From Nitrosopumilaceae archaeon (lineage in GTDB: Archaea; Thermoproteota; Nitrososphaeria; Nitrososphaerales; Nitrosopumilaceae): a DNA stretch of 64,000 nucleotides. Position numbers and translations under genes: made by a program. The stretch is from contig CBDATR010000010.1 in assembly GCA_965200155.1 (NCBI GenBank), forward strand, positions 384,001 to 448,000. Reading direction: 5' to 3'. Positions 50,885-60,667 of this stretch are shown here, piece after piece; within the stretch, counting starts at the first letter, position 1; the number at the start of each line of letters is the position of its first letter. The notes under the pieces are model-generated. The model ran no database searches and was not told the DNA's origin. It saw only the letters and a list, made by a program, of their open reading frames with translations.

Positions 50885-52723
50885 GTAACCGTTTAGGTCG
50901 CACCATGACTTAACCATATATTCTGATTAGTCCAATACACGACATATGGAAGACCCCGAGGTTGAGATTCTACGGGACAAGTTAGCCAAGGTCATGGCTG
51001 AATAAGAAAGAAACACCAAAATGAAGAGAAAGATTTGATTATCCGCCGGTTGTCTTAGAGGGAGGATCTGGAGTCAACCAATGCGAGGAAACGTAAAGAA
51101 TTGGCATTGCGTGAGGAATATTTAGCTCAACTAAGGTAGCAGCTCAACCGCAAGCACATACTAATTTGCTCAATAACTGACGGATGGTACATCCAGAAGT
51201 CAAAATACTGCGAGACAAACTAGCCGGATCTATAGGCGCTAACGGTAAACTGATCAGAATAATCAAAGGGAAAGACATGATCATCGAGATACAATCAGAG
51301 AGGATTACAAGGTTGGAGACAGACAAGACAGAATTGAAGATAATACTCGCAGCGAGGGATGTGGAAGTAAAATCATTAAAGAATCGTCTCCGATACTATG
51401 AAAGCCCGCATACCCCAACCATCACAGAACTCCATTCAGAAGATGAAAAAAGCCGCAAAGAAAAAGGTAAACGCCACTCAAGCGAGGCCGGAGGAGCGGG
51501 CACCCAGGAAAATCCCACAACAGAAGGCCTGGCAAAATAGTCCGCAAGACCCCTGACAGGTGTTCAAAATGCGGCTCTAAAAACCTGGAAAAGACCGGCA
51601 ACACCACAACAGACATACCCGTTATTCCGAAAGCCGAGGTTACCGCGCACATAATAGAGGAGTGCCGGTGCCTAGAAGTCATAACATTACGGATATGGTA
51701 CATGAACCCGGAGTGATCCCGGGCACACAATTTGGACCCAACTTATTGACCATGATCACCACTGCATATTACAATGGTTCCACACTGCAGGGTATCGCGT
51801 ACACCATGAAAATGTACGATGCAGGCTCCTGCAAGGCAGCAATACAGCACACCATGGAAGCTGCATCTGAAAAAATGGAGAAAGAGGTGGGAAAAATCCG
51901 GGAGGATTTGGCCAAATCCTAGACCATACTGATGGACGAGACCCCCCTCTCGCTGAACGGCAAGACTGTATACGCGTGGGCGTGCAGTGGAAATGACAGC
52001 ATAGCATACAAGCTGGCCACCTCACGCTCATCGGAGATAATCAAAATGTACTATTCAGACATACTGGACAAGCTAATCACGTGTGACGGATATGCCGGAT
52101 ATAACATATTTTACAATATACGAGGTGCTGGGCACATATTACGGGAATCAAAAGATGCATCCGAGGCCCGGCCCACCGGAAACATTACATAAAATGCTTC
52201 AGGATATACGCCGAGGCCCGGGACTTGAATCCTGAAGAGACGACTCCGGATATCCTAGATTCGTTCGAGATACGTGTGCTCTCCATAGCCACCCGGTGGC
52301 AAAAGCTGGGTGTAAAATTCGGCAATAAGCTGGAAGGGCATCTCCAAATCTGTTTACATTCCTGCGCTACCCCGGAATGGCACCCACTAATAACGAGTCT
52401 GAGCGCGTGCTGCGCCGCTTCGTCATACATCGCAAGATACGCATGTCTTGGGGCTCATACAAGGGTATGAAGGTAGTAGAGAACATCCTGACCTGCATGA
52501 GTATGAGTTCACCTGTGTCTAAATTTACGCATAACTGATCGTGACAGTTAATGTGATTTGTGCACAAGATTCCGGAAGACGTGAACTCATACCTGCATGA
52601 TGACGTGGAGAAAGCGCGGACTCAACACAGATACTGTCCATACTTGGGGCAAGTTAAACGACCATACCAAGAACAATCTGGTGTAGTGCATTTCTCTTTG
52701 CTAAGGGTGACCTAAACGGTTAC
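50885..52723 (+). mobile_element. IS66-family element B, transposase pseudogene
   Basis: TIR GTAACCGTTTAGGTC / GACCTAAACGGTTAC; flanks (A/G)GTTGGTGT; YESPHTP, PGTQFGPNL, MDET, TCDGYAGY, TNNESER.LR. Confidence 0.88.
52501..52592. mobile_element. IS66-type MITE (92 bp), TSD CTGCATGA, inserted in IS66-B
   Basis: TIRs intact; identical 8-bp flanks. Confidence 0.95.
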
Positions 52724-52773
52724 GGTTGGTGTCATCTGTCAACCTTTAAAATATGGTCCGCATTGCCGACCAT

Positions 52774-53268
52774 ATGCACGGAGCCAATTATAGATTAGGA
52801 TCTGGCCAGCCTTTTACACGCAAGAAGTACATAAAGGGAAAGCCTCAACCCAAGATAGCCAAGTTCCACGGGGGTAAGCGTGGAGACTATGAGTATTCTG
52901 TACAATTACTGATAAATGAAAAAGTTCAGATAAGGCACATGGCAATTGAGGCATGCCGCTTGACTGCAAACAAGGCGCTAGAAAAGACTACAGGCGAGTC
53001 TGCCTACTTCTCCAAGCTCCGTATATACCCACATAACCTGCTCCGGGAGAACAAAATGATAGCAACTGCGGGAGCCGACAGACTTCAGGAGGGGATGCGC
53101 CGGGCTTGGGGTAAGGCAGTAAGTCTTGCGGCTCGGGTGAACCGGGGCCAGATAATAATGGAAATGCACGTGGACGGGCAGCATGTGGATGCAGCCAAAA
53201 AGGCGCTAAAGAACGCCTGCGTAAAGCTTCCGGGCACTCCTACCATTAAGGTAGTATCACTCAAGTGA
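52774..53268 (+). CDS. rpl10e: 50S ribosomal protein L10e/L16
   Basis: QIRH.AIEACR, YPH..LRENKM...AGADRLQEGMR.AWGK, KLP. Confidence 0.96.
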   Translation: MHGANYRLGSGQPFTRKKYIKGKPQPKIAKFHGGKRGDYEYSVQLLINEKVQIRHMAIEACRLTANKALEKTTGESAYFSKLRIYPHNLLRENKMIATAGADRLQEGMRRAWGKAVSLAARVNRGQIIMEMHVDGQHVDAAKKALKNACVKLPGTPTIKVVSLK

Positions 53269-53514
53269 TGAATGCCTTTTTTGATTGGCCAGAAATAGCT
53301 CAAAAAACTCCTCTGTCTCTTGTAGTGTGGGGTCTCTTCTGCATATTCTCCTGTACTGGTAATGAAACGAGTTGTACAGACGTCCGGCTATAACACCGGC
53401 CATGAAAGGCTCAGGATCCCAGTCCAACTTGTGCGCCATGTCTAAGAACAGATCAGTACGTACCTCTTCCTGCATTTTTTTGTGTATTTTTTCTAGTACT
53501 CGGGAGTCCATCAT
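53257..53514 (-). CDS. Hypothetical protein
   Basis: G...GRLYNSFHYQ.RRI..R.PT..E..EF pattern. Confidence 0.65.
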   Translation of the reverse strand: MMDSRVLEKIHKKMQEEVRTDLFLDMAHKLDWDPEPFMAGVIAGRLYNSFHYQYRRICRRDPTLQETEEFFELFLANQKRHSSLE

Positions 53515-53665
53515 GCGTATTGGTGATCGGTATGAATATTGTATGTTTTGGTATGGTTTTGTAAAGAAACGGTGCCATTACCGCTTATGGGCAGAACTGA
53601 ATGGCTAATACAGGCATGGCTACATGCGCATAAGATAATTAAGTGACTGCATAGTTGATCCTGAC

Positions 53666-53833
53666 ATGGCAGAGTGCACCGAATGTGATGCTGCTATCCC
53701 AATACCTAGTGATGCGTTGGTGGGTGAGATAATCACATGTGCTGACTGCGGGTCCAGCTTTGAGCTGGTAGGTGGTCCTGACTCGTTCAGTCTCAAACCC
53801 GCCCAAACAGTAGGCGAGGATTGGGGGCAGTGA
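53666..53833 (+). CDS. lysW: Amino-group carrier protein LysW (55 aa, ends EDWGQ; not in ORF track)
   Basis: MAECTECDA...GEIITCADCG..FEL...EDWGQ, directly upstream of lysX. Confidence 0.93.
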   Translation: MAECTECDAAIPIPSDALVGEIITCADCGSSFELVGGPDSFSLKPAQTVGEDWGQ

Positions 53834-54672
53834 CATCTGATATCACCATACTTTATGACGCCATACGGTGGGAAGAAAAATCACTGCGCGATGCCGCTAA
53901 CCGACTTGATGTCCCAATACGGATGACCGACTGTAGGGGGTTGCATCTAGATCTTGGCGGTAATGCACCGGTGTCCGGAGTAGTTCTCCAGAGATGTGTT
54001 AGTTACTATAGAAACGTACACTCCACGGCTGCCCTTGAGGGTATGGGAGCTGATGTGATAAACTGCCACAAGACCGGCGTACAGGCTGGTAACAAGTTAT
54101 ATGCTCATATGCTACTAAAGAAAGCTGGCGTACCCACGCCACGAGCTGGTGTAGCGTTCTCCAAGGATTCTGCCCTGCAGATGCTGGATGACATGGGGTA
54201 TCCTGCGGTCATAAAACCAACCGTGGGCAGTTGGGGACGGCTTATTTCAAAGATTAATGACGAGGAGGCGGCTAGCGGTATACTTGAGAATCGCGAGCGT
54301 ATGTATCCTATATACCAGATACACTATATGGAAGAGTTTGTACAAAGACCGCCTAGGGACATTCGTGCCATAATGGTGGGCGGCGAAGTGGTGGCCGCCA
54401 TATATCGCAACTCAACGGAGTGGAAGACCAATACTGCATTGGGCGGCGTAGCAGAGCCGTGCCCTGTATCTTCTGAGATGTCCGAGATGTGTATACGCGC
54501 GTCAGATGCAGTGAGCGGACAGATAGTGGGTGTGGATCTAATGGAGAGTGACCACGGGTTGGTAGTGCATGAGGTAAATAATACCACGGAGTTTAAGAAT
54601 ACTGTCCGGGTTACCGGCGTCGATATACCCGGTGCCATGATATTGTATGCTAGGGACCGGGTAAGACGATGA
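53830..54672 (+). CDS. lysX: LysW ligase (ATP-grasp, LysX/ArgX)
   Basis: IRWEEK, QRCVSY, KP.VGSWGR, RDIR, W.TN.ALGG, HEVNNTTEFKN. Confidence 0.93.
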   Translation: MTSDITILYDAIRWEEKSLRDAANRLDVPIRMTDCRGLHLDLGGNAPVSGVVLQRCVSYYRNVHSTAALEGMGADVINCHKTGVQAGNKLYAHMLLKKAGVPTPRAGVAFSKDSALQMLDDMGYPAVIKPTVGSWGRLISKINDEEAASGILENRERMYPIYQIHYMEEFVQRPPRDIRAIMVGGEVVAAIYRNSTEWKTNTALGGVAEPCPVSSEMSEMCIRASDAVSGQIVGVDLMESDHGLVVHEVNNTTEFKNTVRVTGVDIPGAMILYARDRVRR

Positions 54673-55799
54673 GCGACTTCAAGGTTACGCCGCGATACGC
54701 GATCAAGATGCTGGAGAAGGCACTGAGATTGTACACTCCCTCGCTTAGCGAAAAACCCATGACCGAGTTTCTGGCGGACAAGTGCGATGATTTGGGATTT
54801 GAGAACATACGCATAGATGGAGTGGGAAATGTTATAGCTACCCGGGGGTCTGGCTCACCGGTCATAATGCTGTGCGGACATGTGGATACAGTACCTGGCA
54901 AGATACGGGTGCGAAGGGATGGTGACCGACTGTACGGTCGAGGGGCATCTGATGCCAAGGCGCCATTAATGGCCATGCTCTTTGCCGCTGCATCGGCCCC
55001 GGAGGATAACGGGACAATAATATTTGTCGGAGCCGTTGACGAGGAAGGTAATGCCACCGGTATAAAGCATTTGGTTAAAAAGAAGATGAATGTGGATTAT
55101 GCCATATTTGGAGAGCCCAGCGGCTTGGATCAGGTAACTATCGCCTACAAGGGCAGATTGGCCATTAGCCTTAGAATAGATGTCAAGGACAGCTCCCATG
55201 CCAGTGCCCCATGGCTATCCAAGAATGCCATAGAGGAGTCTGCACTATTTACATCGCGTCTCAAGGAGTCACTGGAGACGCGGCCGGAGAATCAAAGGCG
55301 TAGTATGCAATTAACCGTGGCCATAACCGAAGTACGGGGCGGTTCCAGTCACAATGTAACACCCCGGGAGTGCACTACTACCATGGATATTCGTATACCC
55401 GTCACCATGAACTGCAAGATGATCGAGGAGAAGATATCGGATCTTGTTAGACAGATAGGGGAGGAGCGTAATGTGGAAGCCTTCTATTCAATACTGGATG
55501 AGACTGAGCCATTCGAGGCTCCACTAAACTCTCCGCTGGTACGCGCCTTTACCTTGGGTATACTAAACAGCCGCGGGGATAGACCTGCCCTGATACGAAA
55601 GACAGGTACAGGCGATATGAACGTCTTGGGTAGTAGATGGAACATACCAGTCATAACATATGGACCCGGTGACCCACATGCCTCACATACCATCAACGAG
55701 TGCGTGTCCATATCAGAGTACCTGGAGGGCATAGATGTACTTGGAAAGTCGCTGATTCAGCTAAAGCGACTTCACGACAAGATGCAGAAAAAGCCATGA
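54669..55799 (+). CDS. lysK: [LysW]-lysine/ornithine hydrolase (M20)
   Basis: GHVDTVPG, GRGASDAK, DEEG, GEPS, GTGDMN, YGPGD..SH. Confidence 0.92.
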   Translation: MSDFKVTPRYAIKMLEKALRLYTPSLSEKPMTEFLADKCDDLGFENIRIDGVGNVIATRGSGSPVIMLCGHVDTVPGKIRVRRDGDRLYGRGASDAKAPLMAMLFAAASAPEDNGTIIFVGAVDEEGNATGIKHLVKKKMNVDYAIFGEPSGLDQVTIAYKGRLAISLRIDVKDSSHASAPWLSKNAIEESALFTSRLKESLETRPENQRRSMQLTVAITEVRGGSSHNVTPRECTTTMDIRIPVTMNCKMIEEKISDLVRQIGEERNVEAFYSILDETEPFEAPLNSPLVRAFTLGILNSRGDRPALIRKTGTGDMNVLGSRWNIPVITYGPGDPHASHTINECVSISEYLEGIDVLGKSLIQLKRLHDKMQKKP

Positions 55800-56815
55800 C
55801 TCTGTGGCTGGTGGGTCTGGGTATATCTGGAAGGGAATCCGTTCCTGATGCTACGTCTGGCGCCCTCTCAATGTGTGATGTGGTGTACTTGGAGACCTTT
55901 ACCAGTCCGGATATTGACACCACATGGATACGGGAGGTAAATCCCAATGTAATACAGGCCAAACGCTGGATGGTGGAGGATGGTAAAAGAATACTGGATG
56001 ATGCCCGGAATCGCGAGACGGCCCTGGTATCTTATGGTGATCCACTGGTCGCCACAACCCATACAGACTTGCTGGTTCGTGCCGCAGCCGGGGGCATACC
56101 CACCAGGGTGGTACACGCCTCCTCTGCCGTGTCCAGCATAGTGGGTCAGTGCGGCCTGCATCACTACAAGATGGGGCGCATGGCTACAATAATGGATGAT
56201 GCCAAGTCCCTGTCTACCCCATACTATGTCACGTATCGCAATGCAGTACGGGGCAGTCACACCCTGCTGTTGCTGGAGTATAATCAGGACGGCGGCTTTT
56301 TTCTGGATCCTGCCGGGGCCCTGGATCTCCTGCTAAAAACAGAGACTGGTCAGAATCGCGGTGTCTTTACACCTAGCTCATTCTGCATTGTGGCATCCAG
56401 AGTGGGATTGCCAGATCAGACCCTGATATCAGGTAATATATCCAGCATGGTGCGGCGGGATTTTGGTCCTCCACCACATTCGATAATTGTGCCCGGCGGC
56501 CTGCATTTTACCGAGAGGGATGCATTACTGGCGCTGACCCAGTGTGTGGACGAACCGCCACCGGAAGATACCTACATTACCTCAATACCGCAACAAATGC
56601 TGAGGCGTTATATACCCATGATACATAAATCAATATCCGAAATACAGGTGACTTCGGAGAATGTTGACATAATACAAAACGCGCAGTTATACGTACAAGA
56701 CGCGGAGCGGGCACTGGATAGTGGCCAGGACGAGGTGGCCGTACTCAGTATAGGATACGCGGACGGACTGGTGGATGCAATAAGGATTATGAAGGGAATG
56801 GATCCCAAGCTATAA
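55796..56815 (+). CDS. dph5: Diphthine synthase with C-terminal DUF357-like domain
   Basis: YLETFTS, GDPLVATTH, HT.LLL, PPH.IIVPG.LHF.E; Y..DA....D..A..SIGYA.G..DA tail. Confidence 0.9.
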   Translation: MTLWLVGLGISGRESVPDATSGALSMCDVVYLETFTSPDIDTTWIREVNPNVIQAKRWMVEDGKRILDDARNRETALVSYGDPLVATTHTDLLVRAAAGGIPTRVVHASSAVSSIVGQCGLHHYKMGRMATIMDDAKSLSTPYYVTYRNAVRGSHTLLLLEYNQDGGFFLDPAGALDLLLKTETGQNRGVFTPSSFCIVASRVGLPDQTLISGNISSMVRRDFGPPPHSIIVPGGLHFTERDALLALTQCVDEPPPEDTYITSIPQQMLRRYIPMIHKSISEIQVTSENVDIIQNAQLYVQDAERALDSGQDEVAVLSIGYADGLVDAIRIMKGMDPKL

Positions 56816-56829
56816 TATTTCCCGCAATC

Positions 56830-57447
56830 ATGTGTGGTGCTGTGGATGCAATCAGGAATGATATACTAATGGCCGCCTACATCGCACATATATCCGGCGT
56901 CTCACTCCGTGATACCTGTACCGCCCGCGGCATAGTGATACATGAGCCCCACCTTGATATCATGATACGTGATGGCCTACTACATGATAATTACACCCTG
57001 ACTACATTGGGCAGGCAGTCAATACGGGTGGTGCTGGCTGGCGGGGTATTTGACATAATACATCCCGGTCATATACACACGCTGGAGTCTGCCCGCCGTC
57101 TCGGTGATGTTTTGGTAGTGGTTCTTGCCACCGACTCTACGGCCATACGTATGAAGAGACGCTCCCCGTTACACTCTGCACAGCAGCGACGCACCTTGGT
57201 GGGTTCCCTTCGTATGGTCGATATGGCTATGGTGGGAAGCCATGAAAGTATATTCAAAACAGTGGAAGCGGTAAAACCGGATGTGGTTGCCTTGGGATAC
57301 GATCAGGTCCATCATGAAAAATACATATCTGACGGTTGCCGCAAGATTAATCCCAGCATTCAGGTGGCGCGTCTACAGTCCCCGGTCCCGGACATATCAA
57401 GCTCAGATATAGAGCGTCAGTATGCCCAAAGCATACACGGTATCTAG
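56830..57447 (+). CDS. ribL: FAD synthetase (cytidylyltransferase family)
   Basis: GGVFDIIHPGH, LVVV.A.D, PD.VALGYDQ, SSS; next to ribK. Confidence 0.85.
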   Translation: MCGAVDAIRNDILMAAYIAHISGVSLRDTCTARGIVIHEPHLDIMIRDGLLHDNYTLTTLGRQSIRVVLAGGVFDIIHPGHIHTLESARRLGDVLVVVLATDSTAIRMKRRSPLHSAQQRRTLVGSLRMVDMAMVGSHESIFKTVEAVKPDVVALGYDQVHHEKYISDGCRKINPSIQVARLQSPVPDISSSDIERQYAQSIHGI

Positions 57448-57866
57448 GGCAGTGATATGGTGACCGGTGAGCCATCTACAAGTGCGGCCTCTTTCCTTAT
57501 GTTTGTGCCTGATATGATTTCCGCTATGTCATTTTTGTGATGCGTCTTCTCCAACTGTATGTAGTAGCAGGGTATGTCTGGCTCCAGTGCCCCGGCAAAA
57601 CAGCGTACCCATCCATAGTCTCGCCCGTCTCGGGTAAATCCCGGTAACAGTATACTCCTACTCACATCCAAATCCTGTATCATTATCGCTGATGACTGAT
57701 CAAGTCTTATGTTCAAAGTTCCGGGAAAAGGTACCAGATTCAGATATTGCCTGAACTGTGTTTCATATAGTGACATGTATTGCGCTCCCTCACCTTTTCC
57801 CTGCGACACCACTCCATTCAAGATGGTGTGACTTTCTGAATCATTTTTTGCGGTCATACCTGACAT
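57444..57866 (-). CDS. ribK: CTP-dependent riboflavin kinase
   Basis: G.V..G.GEG..Y, PFPGTLNI, THH...EIIS. Confidence 0.9.
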   Translation of the reverse strand: MSGMTAKNDSESHTILNGVVSQGKGEGAQYMSLYETQFRQYLNLVPFPGTLNIRLDQSSAIMIQDLDVSRSILLPGFTRDGRDYGWVRCFAGALEPDIPCYYIQLEKTHHKNDIAEIISGTNIRKEAALVDGSPVTISLP

Positions 57867-58024
57867 ACCCTTGGTTGTAAATAATGTCCTTTGGGCGTGT
57901 CATGGTGGGGAAACTTTTGGGTCATGCATGTTGGGCCGGGATGACTCTGCAATGACTCATGGGTGGGATCAATCTGCGGACTACTGACCCGCATGAATAT
58001 TAAATAAAATAATGTCAAGTGTTA

Positions 58025-59167
58025 TCATGGTATGTTAAGATCCGAGAACGTTGCAAGAAATACTCCGTCCGTATTACTCACTTTGGATATGCGATGACCT
58101 ACCAAATACTTGATACCGGAACTCTTGGCGTTGTCCAACAATCTTTGTGTAACTATGCCGTCCAGCAACAGAAAGGTAATTCCGCTCTGCTCTGAGATTT
58201 TGTTTACAAGCTCGCTTATGGGCACACGGAATACCTGCTTATGTTGATCATCAAAGGCTACGGCCTCTAGAGTCTCAGATAGTTTTGGATAGATATTTGC
58301 TACTAGGTCTCGTACAGCCTTCTCAGTTGAGTCCAGCTCCCTAAGTGGAGCGTCTCCTGCCTCTATCTGTTTTGCAATGGGGCGCAGTATCTCGTCAATG
58401 CGCTGTGGCGTCAATTCTTCAACTTCTATGCCGGGATCTGCCCGTATCTCATAGTCTACAGAGACCACGGACTTTAATCCCTTCAGGATGAAACCGCCCG
58501 CGCGATCCCCGTCGGTAAATGCTACTATCTTGTCTTTGGAAGAGCACAAGTCTCGTATAGACTCATCTATCTTTGCTCCCTCGATGGCTATTGCGTTGTC
58601 ATAACCGGCTCTGAGCAGATTAATGACGTCTGCACGTCCTTCTACCAATATTATCCAGCTATTCTCGTATACTCCCAATCCACAGGCCAGCCTAGACGGT
58701 CCATAGGCGCCAAGCTTACCAGTGGAGCCTTGGTGTACATCCTTGAGCATGGATTCACCTTCGCTCACGGTTTTGGTAGCCCAGCGTTGTTTTATCTCCT
58801 TGGCCCGCTTAACTATGTCATCCTTCTTTGCCGCGCGTATGTCATCGATGGATTCCAGCCTGTAACTACAATCAAAGGGACCCACCTTGTCTATACTTTC
58901 TATAGCAGCTGCTATGAGTGCGCATGTGTCTATGTCGGTACCCATTGGTATGGCTACTTCGCCTGCGGTCGAGTTCGATGAAGAGCGAGAGTTCACCTCT
59001 ATACGACCGACCTTGGAAACTCGTTGTAACTCGTTGAGATTCATCTCTGGACCCAGCAAACCCTCGGTCTGACCGAAGATTGAACCTATTACATCGGTTC
59101 TTTCAACAAGTCCGTCCACATTGAATGAGAGCCTAACATTATATTTGATGATGCCAGTTTGTGGCAT
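58025..59167 (-). CDS. dnaG: Archaeal DnaG-type primase (exosome-associated)
   Basis: DVIG.IFGQTEGLLG, VEGRADVINLL, DGDRAG TOPRIM. Confidence 0.95.
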   Translation of the reverse strand: MPQTGIIKYNVRLSFNVDGLVERTDVIGSIFGQTEGLLGPEMNLNELQRVSKVGRIEVNSRSSSNSTAGEVAIPMGTDIDTCALIAAAIESIDKVGPFDCSYRLESIDDIRAAKKDDIVKRAKEIKQRWATKTVSEGESMLKDVHQGSTGKLGAYGPSRLACGLGVYENSWIILVEGRADVINLLRAGYDNAIAIEGAKIDESIRDLCSSKDKIVAFTDGDRAGGFILKGLKSVVSVDYEIRADPGIEVEELTPQRIDEILRPIAKQIEAGDAPLRELDSTEKAVRDLVANIYPKLSETLEAVAFDDQHKQVFRVPISELVNKISEQSGITFLLLDGIVTQRLLDNAKSSGIKYLVGHRISKVSNTDGVFLATFSDLNIP

Positions 59168-59505
59168 AAATCTATCAACTCCTGATTTATCACATTTGAA
59201 TTTGTCATACTGCCTTATATGAGGCTATCGTTTTTATGATATTTGTTAATCCAAGATTCTATTTCATATGTAATGGCTTGTAATATTTTATAATTAAAAC
59301 AGCAAAATTATATAACCTAATTTTTGTACATGATTTAGCCAGAATGATAAAGCCTGCTCCATGAAAAATTAATGTGTTATCTAGTGTACAAATTATTGAT
59401 CATTGCTCGCTGTCGCGCGTAAATGTGGATCAAGTGAATTATACGAGTTTGAAATAATAGGATCCATATAATACACGGGAATATAAAAAGCGAAATAATA
59501 TGATT

Positions 59506-59856
59506 TTATTCCGTACTAAAGGAATGTCCACAGGAGCAGGATTTTACCACGTTGGGATTGTTTATTTTGAAGCCGGATCCCATGAGACTTTCTATATAGT
59601 CTACGTTGGCTCCCTTTAGATGATCTATGCTGTAGCTGTCTACCAATAGTTTGACACCGGCTTCTTCTATTACCAAGTCATCATCCTCTGGTGCTTTTTC
59701 AAAACCCATGCCATAAGAGAGACCAGAACAGCCGCCGCCCTGCACATAGACGCGCAGGTACCCCGGTTTTTCCGACTCCTCTGCCATGAACTCTTTGATC
59801 TTGGTTGCAGCTTTCTCTGTTACTGTGACAATTTTTTGTGTCTGTTCAACTGACAT
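59506..59856 (-). CDS. HesB/IscA/ErpA Fe-S carrier protein
   Basis: GGGCSG.SY, NPN...CSCGHSF. Confidence 0.95.
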   Translation of the reverse strand: MSVEQTQKIVTVTEKAATKIKEFMAEESEKPGYLRVYVQGGGCSGLSYGMGFEKAPEDDDLVIEEAGVKLLVDSYSIDHLKGANVDYIESLMGSGFKINNPNVVKSCSCGHSFSTE

Positions 59857-60062
59857 TATGTATCCCATTTACACCTCTAAATATAATAACCTTATCCATT
59901 GGACAATGGACAATATTCAAATAGGCAGGTAAAACAGCAACACACAAAATAATTACGTATAAAATCCATAGAAATAGCATATCCCTAATCAAAAACAGGC
60001 AAAGCATTCCCGGTTAACATGAGGTATGATCACAATTACAACAGTAAAACACAAGATTTAGG

Positions 60063-60154
60063 GTATGAGTTCACCTGTGTCTAAATTTACGCATAACTGA
60101 TCGTGACAGTTAATGTGATTTGTGCATAAGATTCCGGAAGACGTGAACTCATAC
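60063..60154. mobile_element. IS66-type MITE (92 bp), no TSD
   Basis: TIRs intact; flanks GATTTAGG / GCTGGTTT differ. Confidence 0.93.
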
Positions 60155-60327
60155 GCTGGTTTTCCTGCCTCAATTCCCCGTAGGTCAGGCGTCTGACCAT
60201 CATACACCACTTAAAAATTTGGTATTTAAGCACTCGGTCAATATTTAATTAAAACATATCAACTTTCACAATCTTCCGGAGAGATCGACCTATTTGAATC
60301 GTCTCCATTATGTTGAATAGTATTTTT

Positions 60328-60428
60328 GTATGAGTTCACCTGTGTCTAAATTTACGCACAACTGATGGAACAGGTTGTTCTAGTTAATGTGATTTGTGCA
60401 CAAGATTCCGGAAGATGTGAACTCATAC
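60328..60428. mobile_element. IS66-type MITE (101-bp variant), TSD GTATTTTT
   Basis: TIRs intact; identical 8-bp flanks. Confidence 0.95.
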
Positions 60429-60667
60429 GTATTTTTAGCTTTAAACGTTACTTTTGAAATAATTAATTTGTCACTAGAAATCTAGATAATTAAGTCCACT
60501 AACACCATTTAAGTATTTAATTAAAAATTACTGTGTCTAGAAATATATGACAGTAAATATGTCTGAGTTTTAATTGCGCATATAACTTTAAAATTAAAAA
60601 TATTCTTAAGCATACCGGAATTTTAGCATATTGCAGATACCACTACATTTATTTCCTTATTGGACAC

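Noticed and set aside
9840-60428. Repeated palindromic units as a CRISPR array or attC sites
   Set aside because: Copies are dispersed, about 92-101 bp, have TIRs and 8-bp TSDs, lack regular spacers, and no cas or integrase gene is present
59880-60660. AT-rich region with repeated TATTTAATTAAAA as a replication origin
   Set aside because: No ORB-like G-string repeats or cdc6/orc gene nearby; more simply a divergent promoter region with MITEs
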